A program made the translations under genes and the position numbers. A stretch of 64,000 bases of DNA from Azolla caroliniana (taxonomy: Eukaryota; Plantae; Polypodiophyta). Within the stretch, counting starts at the first letter, position 1. Each line of letters opens with the position of its first letter. Location: contig JBHGNT010000003.1 of assembly GCA_043228905.1 (NCBI GenBank), forward strand, positions 10,106,001 through 10,170,000, read 5' to 3'. This document shows, one piece after another, positions 23,738-37,815 of the stretch. Under the pieces are notes generated by a model that saw only the letters and a program-made list of their open reading frames with translations, had not been told where the DNA came from and did no database searches.

Positions 23738-26700
23738 TGAAGTCGATTTTTGCTCATAGGAAAAGACCGTGACAAATACATTGGATGCAAAGGTATAGAA
23801 GAATAAAGCACCATATTAAAGGTCCAAGAGTTAAAAGATAAATGAAATTGAAGAGAAATAAAGGTCCAAGAGTTAAAAGATAAATGAAATTGAAGAGAAA
23901 TAAAGTTAGAGGCGTTTTTCAAAAGTAGAAAAAGAAGAAAAACGCAGGATATTAAGCAGAAAAAGCAAGGTAGAGAAAAAAGCTCATAACTTCTTCATCT
24001 CTTATCCAAATTTCAAAAGAAAATATTCGTAAGAAAGCTGACAAATAGAGCTTTCTTGTATGAAAATTTTGGATGACAAACCAGAAATAATGATATGAAA
24101 AACGCACCACACAAACTAGAGGATATGTAAAAGAAAAAGCAAGAATAACGCAACTAAAAACCTATAAGTATGAGGGTATTCGTAGCAATTGGAGAGACGA
24201 CGGGGGAATAGAATAATTACGAAGGAAGGAGGAATAGAAGATCTACAAGAAGAAGTGAGGAAGAAGAAGAAGATTAGAATAAGTGAGAAGACGATTAGTA
24301 GAAGAAGACGGAAAGATTATTTTAGCAATAGCGTATTGCAATACTTATTTGGGGTTGTTACTCGTGGAATATAAGAGTATTGTATTCTTTTCTTAATAGT
24401 ATATTGAAGTATTCTTTTTTCCTCCTCTTCTCTTCTTTATCATTTTTCTCTATCTCATCATCATTTTGGCGATCACAGTGGGACAATCCTTTCCGTATAA
24501 CGGGACGAACGGTTGTCTACTCATTGATGGTTGGATCTACCGATTCATCATCAAACTGATGGCAAGATATGGAGTTCGCGATGCGACAGATCTACGAAGA
24601 GAACTTTTCCAATTGCGTATGGTTTCATCAATGTGCTACCTCGAATATGAGAAAACGTTTTTGGATATATGGTCCACTTGGATTCGACTTGTTGGAGGCG
24701 TTGAAGTGTATACTTCAAGATGCAAAGATTCAAACTAGGGCTAGATCCATATTTTCAATATGAAGTGCATATGAAGTACCCAAGGTCTTTCCATGATTTG
24801 CTTTGAGTATGTCAAAGTTATGATCAACAATTGAAGAAGTTGTTATTCGGTGAAGCATATGGAGTATTGGCGTCATATACCATAAATCCCAGCTATAATA
24901 ATTGTGGATCGGTCATGAGCCAACAACCAACATACTTGCAATGTCCGATTCAAACAGGCTCCCTCATATCATTATTCTAATTTTTGGAGTTATAATGATG
25001 TCTATGAAGGTGATTCCAGAGACAAAGAAGAAGAGGTGATGAATGTGGAGTTCCCCCCTATAGTTCATGAGGACAATCATGATATAAAGAATGATGGTGT
25101 GAAAGACGAATCCAAGGATATTGTTATGAGAAGTGATGCTATGGATGGTGATGCCAATGTACATCATGTTGAGGACATTATTGATACAACAAGCGATATG
25201 GTGGTTGATGATGAATATGGGCAAGATGAAATGGAAGATATGACAAAAAAAGTTGTTGATGGTGAAGTACCCACAACGGAGTTGCAAGATGAAGAAGGTA
25301 ACCTCGAAGTGATAGCTGGAGATTGTCTTTTGGAGATCAATGCATGTAAGGAAGCATTGGTAAGTGCCAAGTTGCAATATATGAAGGTGTTCATGCAAGA
25401 TTTGTGTTTTGGATTTGCATTGAGTAGCAACAAAGTTATGTGGGCATCAACTCTTCAACAACAATTTGATCAAGAACTAAGAGAATTACTTGTAATGCAT
25501 GATTGGAGTATCATGAACTTATCACCGTCAAAAGATCTAACACAACTAATCAAATGTATAAAGGAGAAGGAATCATATATCGACAATGGCAAGCAAGAAG
25601 AGGAAAGCATAACAATTGATGAATCTTCGTGGGATAGGGAAAACAAATCATTCCACATGGTCTCTAAGGAGGAAGAAGAAGTCATTGAAGAGAAAGTATT
25701 ATCACCCTAAAGAGGAAAAAGAAGATGATTTCAAACGATGTCCAAGGAGAAGAGGATCTAAGGTTTATTTCTCTTTTTTTAAAGTTTCCAAAGTTATTCA
25801 TAAATGACTATTCACAGATAAGAGTAGAAGGCATCAAGCACCACATCAAGTTGGAGGATTTGAAGTTTGTCTCACCTATTGTTGTGGTTCCAAAGGAGAA
25901 AGACATCAACTTCCAACCCTTGAATGATTCAACCAAACGAGATCTATTTTTGCTTCCTTTTCGAGATGAGATTATAGATGAAATGGTTAAACATACAAAA
26001 CAAGGTAGTGTGGAGAATGTCATGTGCCAAGAAGGAATTCACGTGGAATCAAATATCAAAGTAATTCAAAAGGTGACAACTCTGACAAGTCTCAAAGCTT
26101 TGAAGGTGTTTGTGCAAAAGGTTCGCTCGCTCAAAAGGTTTATTCATATGTTGACATGCTTACTTCTCTCAAGAGATATGTATTGCATGACCCTACTCGT
26201 GTTTGAAGAGTTGACAAAGACATAGTAATTGTGGTAACCTCTTTCTTTGTGTTGACAAGGAGAAAGATGGCAATTGTCAATGTGTGTGTGGGTGTGTGTC
26301 TAGGAGTGTGAGGTTTTTCCTACCAACTAGCGGGGGTTTTACTCACATAATTTGTTTTATTTATTCTCTCCTTCTTTGTCTATAGCCATGAATAAGACGA
26401 AGGAGAATTTTTGGTTTTATTAGTAGCTTAGGCTTCACCATAAATGGTTCACCAAAAAGCAAGGAGGAGGGCTAAATGTGAAGTCGATTTTTGCTCATAG
26501 GAAAAGACCGTGACAAATACATTGGATGCAAAGGTATAGAAGAATAAAGCACCATATTAAAGGTCCAAGAGTTAAAAGATAAATGAAATTGAAGAGAAAT
26601 AAAGGTCCAAGAGTTAAAAGATAAATGAAATTGAAGAGAAATAAAGTTAGAGGCGTTTTTCAAAAGTAGAAAAAGAAGAAAAACGTAGGAAATTAAGCAG

Positions 26701-27218
26701 AAAAAGCAAGGTAGAGAAAAAAGCTCATAAATTCTTCATCTCTTATCCAAATTTCAAAAGAAAATATTCGTAAGAAAGTTGACAAAGAGAGATTTCTTGT
26801 ATAAAAAATTTGGATGACAAACCAGAAATAATGATATGAAAAACGCACCACACAAACTCGAGGATATGTAAAAGAAAAAGCAAGAATAACGCAACTAAAA
26901 ACCTATAAGTATGACGGTATTCTTCGCAATTGGAGAGACGACGGGGGAATAGAATAGTTATGAAGGAAGGAGGAATAGATGATCTACAAGAAGAAGTGAG
27001 GAAGAAGAAGGGAGGAAGAAGAAGAAGATTAGAATAAGTGAGAAGACGATTAGTAAAAGAAGACGGAAAGATTATTTTAGTAATAGTGTATTGCAATACT
27101 TATTTGGGGTTGTTACTCGTGGAGTATAAGAGTATTGTATTCTTTTCTTAATAGTATATTGAAATATTCTTTTTTCCTCCTCTTCTCTTCTCTATCATTT
27201 TTCTCTATCTCATCATCA
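23738..27218 (+). mobile_element. Deleted non-autonomous Gypsy: LTRs 23738-24463 and 26479-27218, tRNA-Arg PBS, conventional PPT
   Basis: Direct repeats of ~730 bp; PBS TGGCGATCACAGTGGGAC 24467-24484; PPT AAGGAGGAGGG; RT remnants VSPIVVVPK and LPFRDEIIDEM. No clean TSD. Confidence 0.85.
25725..26225 (+). pseudogene. Collapsed RT remnant
   Basis: Short RT motif pieces joined in one frame; no YxDD. Confidence 0.6.
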
Positions 27219-27533
27219 CCTTCATGAGACAGACCTCGTCCTCTTCTTCCTTAGCCAAATGGACCTCTTCTTCCACGACCATGTCCTCTACCCCTATCTG
27301 AGTGTGAGTAGAGCAAGTGACCTTCCAGGGTGGTGCTCCTTGTTCAGACGAGGTTTTCTTCGACCAATAACATTTATTGAAGTTTGAATAAGGAATGAGG
27401 ATTCTCTCTTGCTAGGACGACAGTTCTCATTATGCCAAACCATGGTGTGAGACTACCTAGACATATTTGCACCATTTCATTTTCATCAACATTGACATTG
27501 ATTGAGCCTTGTGAGTCACATAGCTCCTTGATC
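27219..27533 (-). pseudogene. Copia gag fragment
   Basis: IKELCDSQGSINVNVDENEMVQICLGSL... resembles the UBN2-type Copia gag. Confidence 0.6.
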
Positions 27534-28440
27534 TTTAAGCTGCAAATCCGGAAACCGGCCGATAAGCAAAACTGAAACCGGCCGGTAAGCAAAACTGGAA
27601 CCGGAACCGACCGGCAAGCAAATCCGGAACTGGAACCGGCCGGTATGCAAAACCGGAACCGGAACTGGCAAGCAAACCGGAACCGGTCAGCAAGCAAAAC
27701 CGGGACCGAAACCGGCCGGCAAGCAAAACGAAACCGGTCGGCGAGGGATTCGGCGATCGGGCAGAACCGGCTACCGGACGAGGTTGGATGTAGACGGACG
27801 AAAGATTGGATCATGCAACAAACTAAAGTAAAGTGAAGAGAACTAAAGTAAAGGCCATGTGGACGCAAGCAACTAAAGTTGGAGTGCATGCAAAAAGTAA
27901 AGGTCATGTGGACGATCACATGCAACTAATCGAAAAAGCCATGCCACTAAAAATAGATGCAACTAAAAGAAAAAGCTAAGCAACTAAAAGTAGAGGCCAT
28001 GCAACAAAAAGTGGACATGCAGATGATCAAGGAAAAACTCCATATAAAATTCCATTTTTTTCCTACACTCATACTCTCCATAATATCTTAATTTTTTTCC
28101 TTTTCCTTCGGAGCTCTCTTATCTTAGGGAAGCCATAACTCTCAAAAACCCAAAAATTCCCTACGTAAGCGATAACACTCAAAAACCCTAATCTTCCCTA
28201 CAGAAGCCATAACACTCAAAAACCCTAATTTTCTATAGAATTCATATCTTAATTTCCTCTAATCTATTACTCTAGCCATCTCCATTAGCAAACTTTTTGT
28301 AATCCCAATCTCGGGATTAATTGTAATATTTCTTTCTACTTAATGAAATTAGTTAATCTTTCTCATTTCGGTTAATTCTTAGTACATAAATACACGAATT
28401 TGATATCCTCTAGTCAAAGGCCTCGAGATCTTGCCTCAAC
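27534..28440 (+). mobile_element. Probable solo LTR with ACCGG-rich tandem repeats (27540-27740) and GCCATAACACTCAAAAACCCTAAT repeats
   Basis: Repeat-rich U3-like part, CATATAAAA TATA-like motif, interrupts the gag fragment. Termini are degenerate. Confidence 0.45.
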
Positions 28441-28703
28441 GTTCACGTATCCTCGTCGTATTTTCGCAACAACGTGCCTCGAGAGTAGTGTGAGAGTGCC
28501 AGAGTTTGAAAAACTTGTGCAAGGTAGAATTAAGGAAATTTTGTATTTGTAAACAATACAACTCAATGGGGATTGGCCTAGTAGGAGGATTTCCTAGAAT
28601 TCCTTCCGCTTGGGCGGATGACATCGGGTCGTTATTATGAGCCATTGAATGATAATTTCTGGCACTGAAATAGGATAAGGTGATACAAATAGTCATAACA
28701 TCA

Positions 28704-30722
28704 TGTCGTGATGTAAACATATCATGGGTAAACATTAATCGATATCATGATCTCACGTCAATACCCCCCTAGAAGTATGAGATGAGGTTCAAGATCAGGG
28801 GACTATGGTAACACAAAGGTGTTTTAAAAACCATGGGGGTGACAAATGAATGTCTTTCCCTGATCTCTATATCGATTTTTTCATGGCACCTCCCCGAGGC
28901 TCAACCATGTATGTTTGCGTCATGGATAGTTTATACACGAAAAAATGTTAACAATAAACTATGTCTCTGTGCCCACCCATGTGGTCAGCTCTTTAAGTCC
29001 TATTACAAGGACCCCGAAGTGCACTTAGACCTAAAGTCTAAACATTTTTTATAGTCATATGTATCAACAATGTTGTATGGTCTTGGTCATATTTGAACTC
29101 GAGACCTCGAGAACAAATACATTAAACACTTGAGCAAACCAAATGGATTGCTCCTTCTGAATATTTAATGTTTATGCGTATGAGAGATATGCGAAGGCAT
29201 TTGCCCATATATGTTTTTTAAATGAAAACATATGTGACAAGAAACCTTATTTCCCCCTTGTTAACAAGAAAACTATGTTGGTACGTTACCCAACCTCAAG
29301 GCTCGTCATTATGATGACATACCCCAAAGTGCAACCTAATGGTCAAGCCACACGAGCCCACATGGCCCATCACATGTTTACATCATTACGAATGCCTTTC
29401 GTAATGATGCTCTCATGGTGGCATCGTAACCATGTAATGAGGGAGGGATGTTGGATGCGTGTGTCATAAGAGAGACCTCACTGGAAGTGGGTGAAGCCCT
29501 ACACCCTCAACATCATTGTGGCTATGATCGTTTCGTTATAACTTGTAGTAAAATCGAAGTGACCAATGGGGATGAAAACAAAAGATATTGTTGAAAAAGG
29601 ATGGTGACTACACCATTCTCACAAAAATGTGAGGACGGCCACCAAGATCCTTTCCCCGAAAAGGACAACGTTCGATATACCAAATCACCTAATAAACACC
29701 AATATACAAATATTTATGTTTATCAGATGTATACGATTAAATACGTATACACGTGATTACATATATGCATATGTTAATAAAAATCGTAACATAACATAGC
29801 CAACGAATGATGTAATTGAGATACGTAATCGAGGCATATAGCCTCTACGGACACGAAACATCGAAAATAAGGGTGACATAATACGCAACAGAGGTATTGA
29901 CCTCTTATGTGTACGACACAGATCGCATATCAAATACTTAGAAATTGAGGTATTGACCTCATACTCATACGTAACATATGTATGTGAACGTAATACGCAA
30001 TTGAGGTATTGACCTCGTGTGCATACGGCACAAATCACATATCAAATATATGTCAAATGAGTTACTGACCTCATACACATATGTAAACATTTTATACAAC
30101 CAATTATTACCACTACAACATAATTGAATCAATGTAAAAAATTACATCTTGACTATACATGATTAGATTGGGAGAAGAAAGAATAGAAAAAAGAAAGAAA
30201 GAGTTACCGAAGTTCCTTTGTTGATAGCTATCTGGATCAAGCTTGATCGTACATCGATCGATTGCCATCCAACAAGAAAAAAAACAATCAGCAAAAGAAA
30301 CATTAGAAACATGGCTCGGATACCAAATGTTACAGCTAGATCCTAATGTAAGCATGAGATAAAGATATAATAGATATAAAATAAGAAAGGAGAGAGAGAA
30401 AGAAGGGTGCCAATCCACTTGACCACCATCGTGGCGTCGAGTCGTACCTGGTGTTGGCGCGCTCGCTACAAGAGTTGACCCACCATAATGACGGAGTCTC
30501 GACGTAGTCGATAAAGTGTTAAATGAGGGTAGTCAGGCCTCATATTTATAGCCAAACCTAAGGCCCCAGGCAAGTTCACACTTGGCCTAATGGGTTGTCC
30601 CAATCCCAAGGATTAAAAGTAATCATTTCCTTCGTTACACTCTCGTTTAACCCTCACACTTTATCCACGTGTATAGAATACTACAGTAAAACTTACCACG
30701 GGATGTGGTCATGCCCATAACA
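28704..30722 (-). mobile_element. Large solo-LTR-like element; inverted copy of 56926-58590
   Basis: Termini TGTCGTG...CATAACA; minus-strand GCTATAAAT; collinear with rc(56926-58590) plus ~300 bp of extra sequence near 30110-30420. Confidence 0.75.
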
Positions 30723-33700
30723 AGACTACCAACAATTCGTGGTCTCTTCTAGCACATACGCTTGAGTTATCACGTATAATTTTAAGGAAAGACTATAAGA
30801 TATTTGGGAAAAACTTGTTCTTAGTGAACTTTTGGGAATAGCTATGCTCTTTGTAATCATGCTTCAAAATTCATAATGTGGAGTAAAATAAGACTCTATT
30901 CACCCTAAAAATGTTTTTAGATTTGCTTGCCCAAGTAGTAAATCATCTTCATCAAGCATACCAAATCACTTATTTAGAGTAGCCCTTTAGATTGCTTGTA
31001 GGAACTTGGTACATATGTAAGCATAAAGGAGTTCTACCAATGTTGTTTACATCAAGCCACATGTTGCATGAATTTTGTAGCCAATGAAAAGTTGTGTTAT
31101 CACTTAAAACTAGATTTATACTAATTTTTTATAGAGGTGGTTAATGCACATGGGATTTTGTTGTTAGGGTAAACAGAACGGTTTTTCACAAGCATTTGTA
31201 AAAGTTACCATTTTCAATGTCATCCATCCCAAAATTCCCTAAACCGCAACTCATGATGTTCTATAGTTTGTCCAAGCCTTCTAAAATGTATAAAGGTGGA
31301 TTTATCATTCACCTAAATGTTATGGGCTATGGACACTAGATTATGGGCTTCAAAGTTTCTGTTAGAAGCATAGGGAACTTTAGGATTTATATGCCACAAC
31401 TTGGCTTGGACTTATTTTTAGAAACCAAGCTTATAAATTGATGGATCATGATTGATTGCTAATATCTCATTATGGTCTATTTATTTTACCAAGCTTATAA
31501 TGCAAGCAATTTTTAATGTGGATTCCCTATGACGATTTCTTTGTGAAATCTAATGATGGCTATGGTGAAGGCTTCAAAATAAGCATGCAAGATCAACATG
31601 TGGCACAAATAACTCCTATAACTCACGAGTACTAACAAAATTATTCAAGAATCTTTGTAACCACAAAGGGTCACATGATGGTAACATAACCGTAGCATAC
31701 CAAAATCACAAAATTATCTTTTAATCATTCTACTCACACAAATATGCCACATAAGTCTTAATCACAATGAGTCACATTATTAGGAATGATGCTCTTGTAT
31801 GCAAGTTCACATTACTACTTATTAAGCTTTAGATTGTCCATAGGTGGTGAGTCATGCTTTTCATTGCATGTTCTCATCATTTATTTGTGACACATAAAAA
31901 ATTAAGTTTATGCTTTGTCAAAAACTGCTCATGAATTAATGGCAAGATAAGGTGTTGCATGTTTGTACAACTCAGAGAGAAACATGATTTATTTGCAAGT
32001 CACAACTTATGTGAATTTCTTTAAAGCTTGGAACAATGACTCATAATTTAATTGTGAATGCATTTGGTACTATAATCTTGTTCCATTATTTACTTTTGAA
32101 ATGTCTTTGATGTAGTTAATTTCTCAATGGTCTCATTAATCTAAGATTTCTAGCCCAAGTAAGATGGTTCTTTGGGAAGCTTATATTTGATATTATGTTG
32201 TCACATTAGTACCTCGTTATCATTCATAAAAACTAAACTTGTTAAATCTTTATTATTGGGTTTGGTGGACTTATTAACTATGTAAAGCATATTAATTGAC
32301 TTCTCAATTGGCTATCTATAATTTGCTTTTATTTGTTAGTATAGGTTTCATAATTTAGGGAGTTTTGATTTGTGCTTACACATATTGATTTAGCGAGAAT
32401 ATTGATATTACACTCACACATGAAGATTACAGCATAGACCTAATGCTAATGCAAGGAACTAGGAAACAAAAAATCACAAGAAACTTGACCACACTTTATT
32501 CTTGTAAAGATATCATTGGCATAGTCAAATTCCAATTATCATGGCCAAACTCATAGTTCTTAAAATATTATCGGCATATAATATTATTGTTTGATTCAAG
32601 CCAAATTCAATACTCTGAAATGAGCAATATTTTTGCAATGTAGTCTTATACTCTAAGAGAACATTGCAACTAAAAAAAACTAGCTTCACATGAAAGCTAT
32701 GCTAGTTAGGTCCACATGATTCATATGTTGTCATTACGGAGTTTTCCTTGTTAGTACAAGTAAAAGTGTTTATAAAAAAGTATTGTTAACATTCCTCTTG
32801 CCATTAAAAGGATTATGTCTCTAAAAGAATCTTGTCAACATCATCTTTACTCCAACGAAATGAAGTTCTACCTTTGGAGTTGAGTGTTTAGTGGTGAGGA
32901 TATTGCAAGCTAAACCAGTCCACAACAAGCCTTAGTACATTCTTATTTTCATTTAAGTTCCATACATCATCATATTAGTGTCAAGGAGATGTGATATTTT
33001 TATAGAAGACAGCTTCACCGACTGTAGATATTGTAAAACTTCATAAAGAACCACCAACTAGCTTAGGGAAATTGAACTTCTATTGTTCCAAAAGATAAAT
33101 TCATATGATGCTACATAACATTGGTTACTCATATGATCCGAAATTATAGATGTGGATAAAGATGACCTACACTCAATAAACAAGAATGTCTCCTTATGTT
33201 GTGAGCCCTTTTTACACAAGGGAAGGCCTTGATTCTTATAATATATACAACTCTAAGTTGTTTCTTATTTGCGATGATGACATGGATATTTGAGTACTTT
33301 TGGTGTTCATGTACAAATTGAAGGAGTATTTTGGCGTTTCTTAAAGTAGACCATACTACACTCTATAGCGTGTGGTGGTGTATGTTCATATGAAAGCATA
33401 TGTGTGGCTATAGTGATTCATAGTTTATGATGGTTTTACCTTAGATCCTAAACATCTTAAACGATCATTTGAGAATCTTAGTGAAGGCATGTGTGTAGTT
33501 TAAGATGTAATGTCAATATGCATGTGACTTGTCGAGAGCCTAGTTTATTGCTCTTCATGAATTTTTTGGTGTATTATTCATTTCGTTATTTTTCATAGTG
33601 GAGGGCGTCTTTATATGACTTTAGTGGTGGAAGGTGTTTTCAGTTTGTTCACACTTCCATTCTATTCACATTTCTTTCAAACCAAAGAAAATCAACATTC

Positions 33701-33858
33701 TAGAATCTCCCTTCCGCACATTGTCAAAAGAAACAACAAGGATGCCGAAAGACCGCATTTTTACCAAACAATTCCATAAGTTGGTGTTTAGATTTATTGA
33801 TGAGAGAGAGGTTGCAATCTTGGTGTGTTAAAATGTAAGGTTGTAATGGGGGGGGAGA

Positions 33859-33884
33859 TGAGAGAGAGAGAGAGAGAGAGAGAG
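33859..33884. repeat. (GA)n microsatellite
   Basis: Directly visible. Confidence 0.9.
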
Positions 33885-34553
33885 ACGTTTATAGAGATGT
33901 GATTTATGGGTCATGTCTGTTTTGGTCTATGAGAAAATGGAGAAAGATGATAATTCTAGAGAGACGATGGGTGGTGGCATGTGATGTGACATGAGAGAGA
34001 GAGAGCGTGGATCATATATACAATGGTCGGTGAGAGAGATGCGAGGAGTGGTCAATAAAAGTAGACGAGGGACCAAAAGTTAGAATAATATTATGGTGCG
34101 CATCAGTTTATTAAGAACTTACATGGAAATAGCTACAAGACGGATGAAAAAACATTTCTGCAAAAAAAGTGTATCGTAAGTGTGACTAATGAATGGTTGG
34201 GTCCGATTGCGTGCTCACACATGCTCACACACATACACATGTGTAAGTAGAAAAAGGAGAGGTAATGTGGTGTTGCATTGTAAGGTTGAGAGGGGTTTAA
34301 AACTTTTTATAAGGTGAGGAGAAGCATATACATAATACATATATCATCATCATGTACTTAAGTAAAGGGAAGGATGAGAAGGAGGCCACACTAAAACTCA
34401 CTAGGCCATTGAAGACACACACTCTTAAAAATGGCTTATATGTCCACGAGATGGGAGGATGAAACTTGGCTCCTCTCCATTTTATGGTGATGGAAGCTTT
34501 GGTTGTGTAAACCAAATCAAGTAGACTACACAGAACATAGAAGGCTCCAAAAG

Positions 34554-35405
34554 ATGACCATGGGGATGACACTAAATAGTGGCTTCTACGAGCTCTCGTC
34601 GCCGCAATACAATTGCACGAGGCATCGACCGAGGCGGCCATGGGAGGGAGTGTGTGCGATGTGTCTTGAGGAACGGCTATGCACCATCTTGTCTTCATCG
34701 TCGGGAGCCTCCTCGTCTAATCCTACCAATGATGCCTCTTCTTCGGAAATCCCCACCACATCACATGCTAACAAAAGAGCACAAGGACCAGACTCTGGAG
34801 GAGATGGTGAATTAGTCACTAAATCCCCTGGATCTCCCCAAGCAATAGAGTACCCTATCCATTGCGGCCCAACCATCGCCTCGCTTATTGAGAGCGAGAT
34901 CGCAGCCGCCAATTCAAATTTAGGGGCATCACTAGATATAGAGATGAAGCCGAAGGAGGAGGTTAAATGTCATACTAACCAAAGTCATAGGAATGCATCT
35001 ATGATTTGGGCGAGCCCATTCTTGATGAAATCCATGTCGACAGGATGGATCCTCAACCACAATAATAACTCGATGGCATCGACCACGATTCATCCTCATC
35101 ATCAAAATCAGAGTGGGGCATCATCTACAACCAAGGCCAGCCCCATCAATAACAAAGAATCGGTCCGAAATGGGGCCAAGAACGCAATGCCGAGGTCCAT
35201 GTCGGCACATCATCGACAAACAAGTTCTTCGTCAATCCGAGGGAAGCTTGCCTTTCATTACAATGCCTTCTCTCGGAGCACATCTGCCAATGTAACTAGG
35301 AACCCTACTTCTATTAATGTTAGCAAGTATTATTCCTCCACTGCCTCAAAACTTCGTAGCTTCATTCTTCACCTACGTGCAAGAGCAACTTTCACCAATA
35401 AATAA
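34554..35405 (+). CDS. Single-exon host gene, DUF740 / OCTOPUS-like protein (~283 aa)
   Basis: N-terminal CTRHRP...EGVCAMCLEERL motif typical of DUF740, followed by a Ser-rich disordered region and RSMS/SRSTS motifs. Uninterrupted ORF; first in-frame ATG at 34554. Confidence 0.78.
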   Translation: MTMGMTLNSGFYELSSPQYNCTRHRPRRPWEGVCAMCLEERLCTILSSSSGASSSNPTNDASSSEIPTTSHANKRAQGPDSGGDGELVTKSPGSPQAIEYPIHCGPTIASLIESEIAAANSNLGASLDIEMKPKEEVKCHTNQSHRNASMIWASPFLMKSMSTGWILNHNNNSMASTTIHPHHQNQSGASSTTKASPINNKESVRNGAKNAMPRSMSAHHRQTSSSSIRGKLAFHYNAFSRSTSANVTRNPTSINVSKYYSSTASKLRSFILHLRARATFTNK

Positions 35406-36429
35406 GAAGGCTTCTAAGTTACCTTTGCATCCCTTAATATCTAGTTTAGTGGGTGTCCCAATGGCCACTCCCCTTTCTAAGGCCCTATTGGGTCCCACCC
35501 CCCCCCTCCCCATGTGCCCCACCGAAATGATTGATAATGAAACAAAATGAGTTTTCCGTCTTGGCGTGATCATTGGAGTTGCGTTACTCGGAGCTTAACT
35601 TTAACGATCTTCATACCCTTGATTTTGCCAACTTTTTGGGGAAGCAATCATTTCCACAATTCATCATAAACATTCTCATGTGTGTTATGGACATATACAC
35701 AATTTCCGCCATATGTGGGCAAAGCACAATGTGTGTTTTCAAGGTGCAATCATTTATGTGTGGCGTGCGTGCCCCTTGCTATGGTTGATCCTTATCTCAT
35801 GTCAAATGCACCTTGCATATCTTAGTTTCCCCATCGATTGATCAATCCTTCTACCGGCATGTCAAACCATCAATGTTTTTCATCCTTACCTCATGGATTC
35901 CTACATATACATGTGGATGCATGATTCACGACTCATGCAAGTTAACTTTATGATTTGGTTTTTATTAGCGAAGAATTTGAAATATTGACATTCCTCAAGG
36001 CATAAACTAATGAAAATTGAAATGGAACGATCAACAATTCTCTTCGTTTTTTATCGATGAGGAATCGAATCCAATTTCTATTGGGACAAGAATTCTTGGT
36101 ATTAAGAATAGCGAGAAATCTGGTTAAAGATTTCCATTGAAAATTCTTCGTTAAAAAATAACGAGAAACTGGTATATAGCTATTTTGGTGGATTAACTAG
36201 GAAATATCTCTCCAGGATGAAATATTGGTTGGGTGGTTGGGCGGGGTAAACTAAGAAAATTGAATTTGAGAGACTTTTGTAATATTTAGTTACACAAAAA
36301 TTGATTCATATTAAAAATAGTGTTGGTGAAGATGTAGAATGATTGCATTTATTTTGGTTGGTGGAGGGCATGGATGTGGTTATGTCAAAGATAATGTTAT
36401 ATTGGTAAAACTTGGCAAGAATCAATACT

Positions 36430-37372
36430 TTAAGTGTAAAACATATCTTTGTATCCATGATCTTCATTTATGAAGATGAGAAGAGCGTCTAGTTTATATT
36501 TACCAAGTCGGATAAACCTATAGCTTCTAATTTCCTTGGATATTGTATAAATAGTAAAAACATGTGTATTGTGCATTGTAATCTTTGACTCTATGGCCAT
36601 GTATAGTTCCAAATTTTTGTTTGAGCTTTATTCAAACCTAATGCAATTTCAAAAGCCAATGTTTTAACGATATAGACACGTTATATATTATTACAATATA
36701 GAAACTGAACATTGTGTCTTTATAATATCGTGCAACCAATCCATATATAATGCATGTGTAGCGTGGACGTACACAAGCACATTCATCACTTACAACATAA
36801 AATACAAATGGTGAATCACCATATTATTTTGCGATCAATTATATGTATATAATAAAGTCCCAATGGTTGTTCCTTAATTCCTATTAGATGGCTCTGATAC
36901 CATGTAGGAATTTAAAGTACTATCTAGAACAAAACTTGAAATAACTGTAAGTCATCCCATCTTCAAAACAATTTTATCATATATTGCATTTCACCAAAAC
37001 AATATTTGTGTATTTGAACTTTTTTACTTGCTTTTTTTTTCATAAAAAACTATCCTCCATTGGTATTAAACTTAAAGTGGGCAATATATAAGATAATCCA
37101 ATATTACAACAAATATTGTATAGCCATGTCGAATGACTGTAGCCAATCTTTCTAGGTAAAGATAAATAATCTTTCTAGCCAATCTTATTCATGTTCGGCA
37201 TATCCAAGAATAATGTCCATTCAGCAACCCCGTTCTTTCAATCTTAGTAGACATCTCACATTTCGTCATAATCTCCTTGCATTGTCAGTGTCTTTGCACT
37301 TGCAATACATGTCTATAAGAGCCTTGTTCACAAAGACATTCAAGTCATATCCACTTGCAACTATATGGTTAT
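36430..37372 (-). mobile_element. Highly decayed Copia 5' end (PBS ~36890-36902, LTR remnant to the right) cut by the Gypsy insertion at 37373
   Basis: GGCTCTGATACCA (rc TGGTATCAGAGCC) followed by TG. Confidence 0.5.
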
Positions 37373-37798
37373 TGTTACCGGTTAGCAACACGTGCCACCC
37401 TCAGTCCTTCGAGGTAGCTTACAAGGTGATTGTGGTGCAAGGAAATAGAGATGCATAGTGCGGGATTGGTAGGGCGTAAGGAGGAGACGACTACAACCTT
37501 GGGTACTTACCTTGGGTTTACTGTAACACCGTCTTGTACAGAGACGAGACACGGAAACAAAACACCAATAGACTAATGGATAGGGCACCAAGATCAGAGA
37601 AGATAAACTATATTAAAACGGCACTCTTAGAATACGCTAGCTCTTTACAATGGTCTCTCGCCCTTTATATACATAGGGCTTACAATCGATAACGCTCCCT
37701 ACGTACAACCGTTACATGTGTTACTTTAACGCTCCTAATATAATACTCTATTATCCATGCGTTATGTCTGGCAGTTACAATTCCGGTGGACAACACAC

Positions 37799-37815
37799 TG
37801 GCACGCCTGTGGGAC
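37799..37815 (+). promoter_or_regulatory. Inverted tRNA-Arg PBS-like motif at the expected PPT position
   Basis: TGGCACGCCTGTGGGAC lies 3 nt from the LTR end CAACA; no purine tract on the element's sense strand. Confidence 0.75.

Noticed and set aside
30770-33620. AT-rich region with short coding-like patches
   Set aside because: No ORF of 60 aa or more and no recognisable motif; may be a decayed gene or transposon but cannot be supported.
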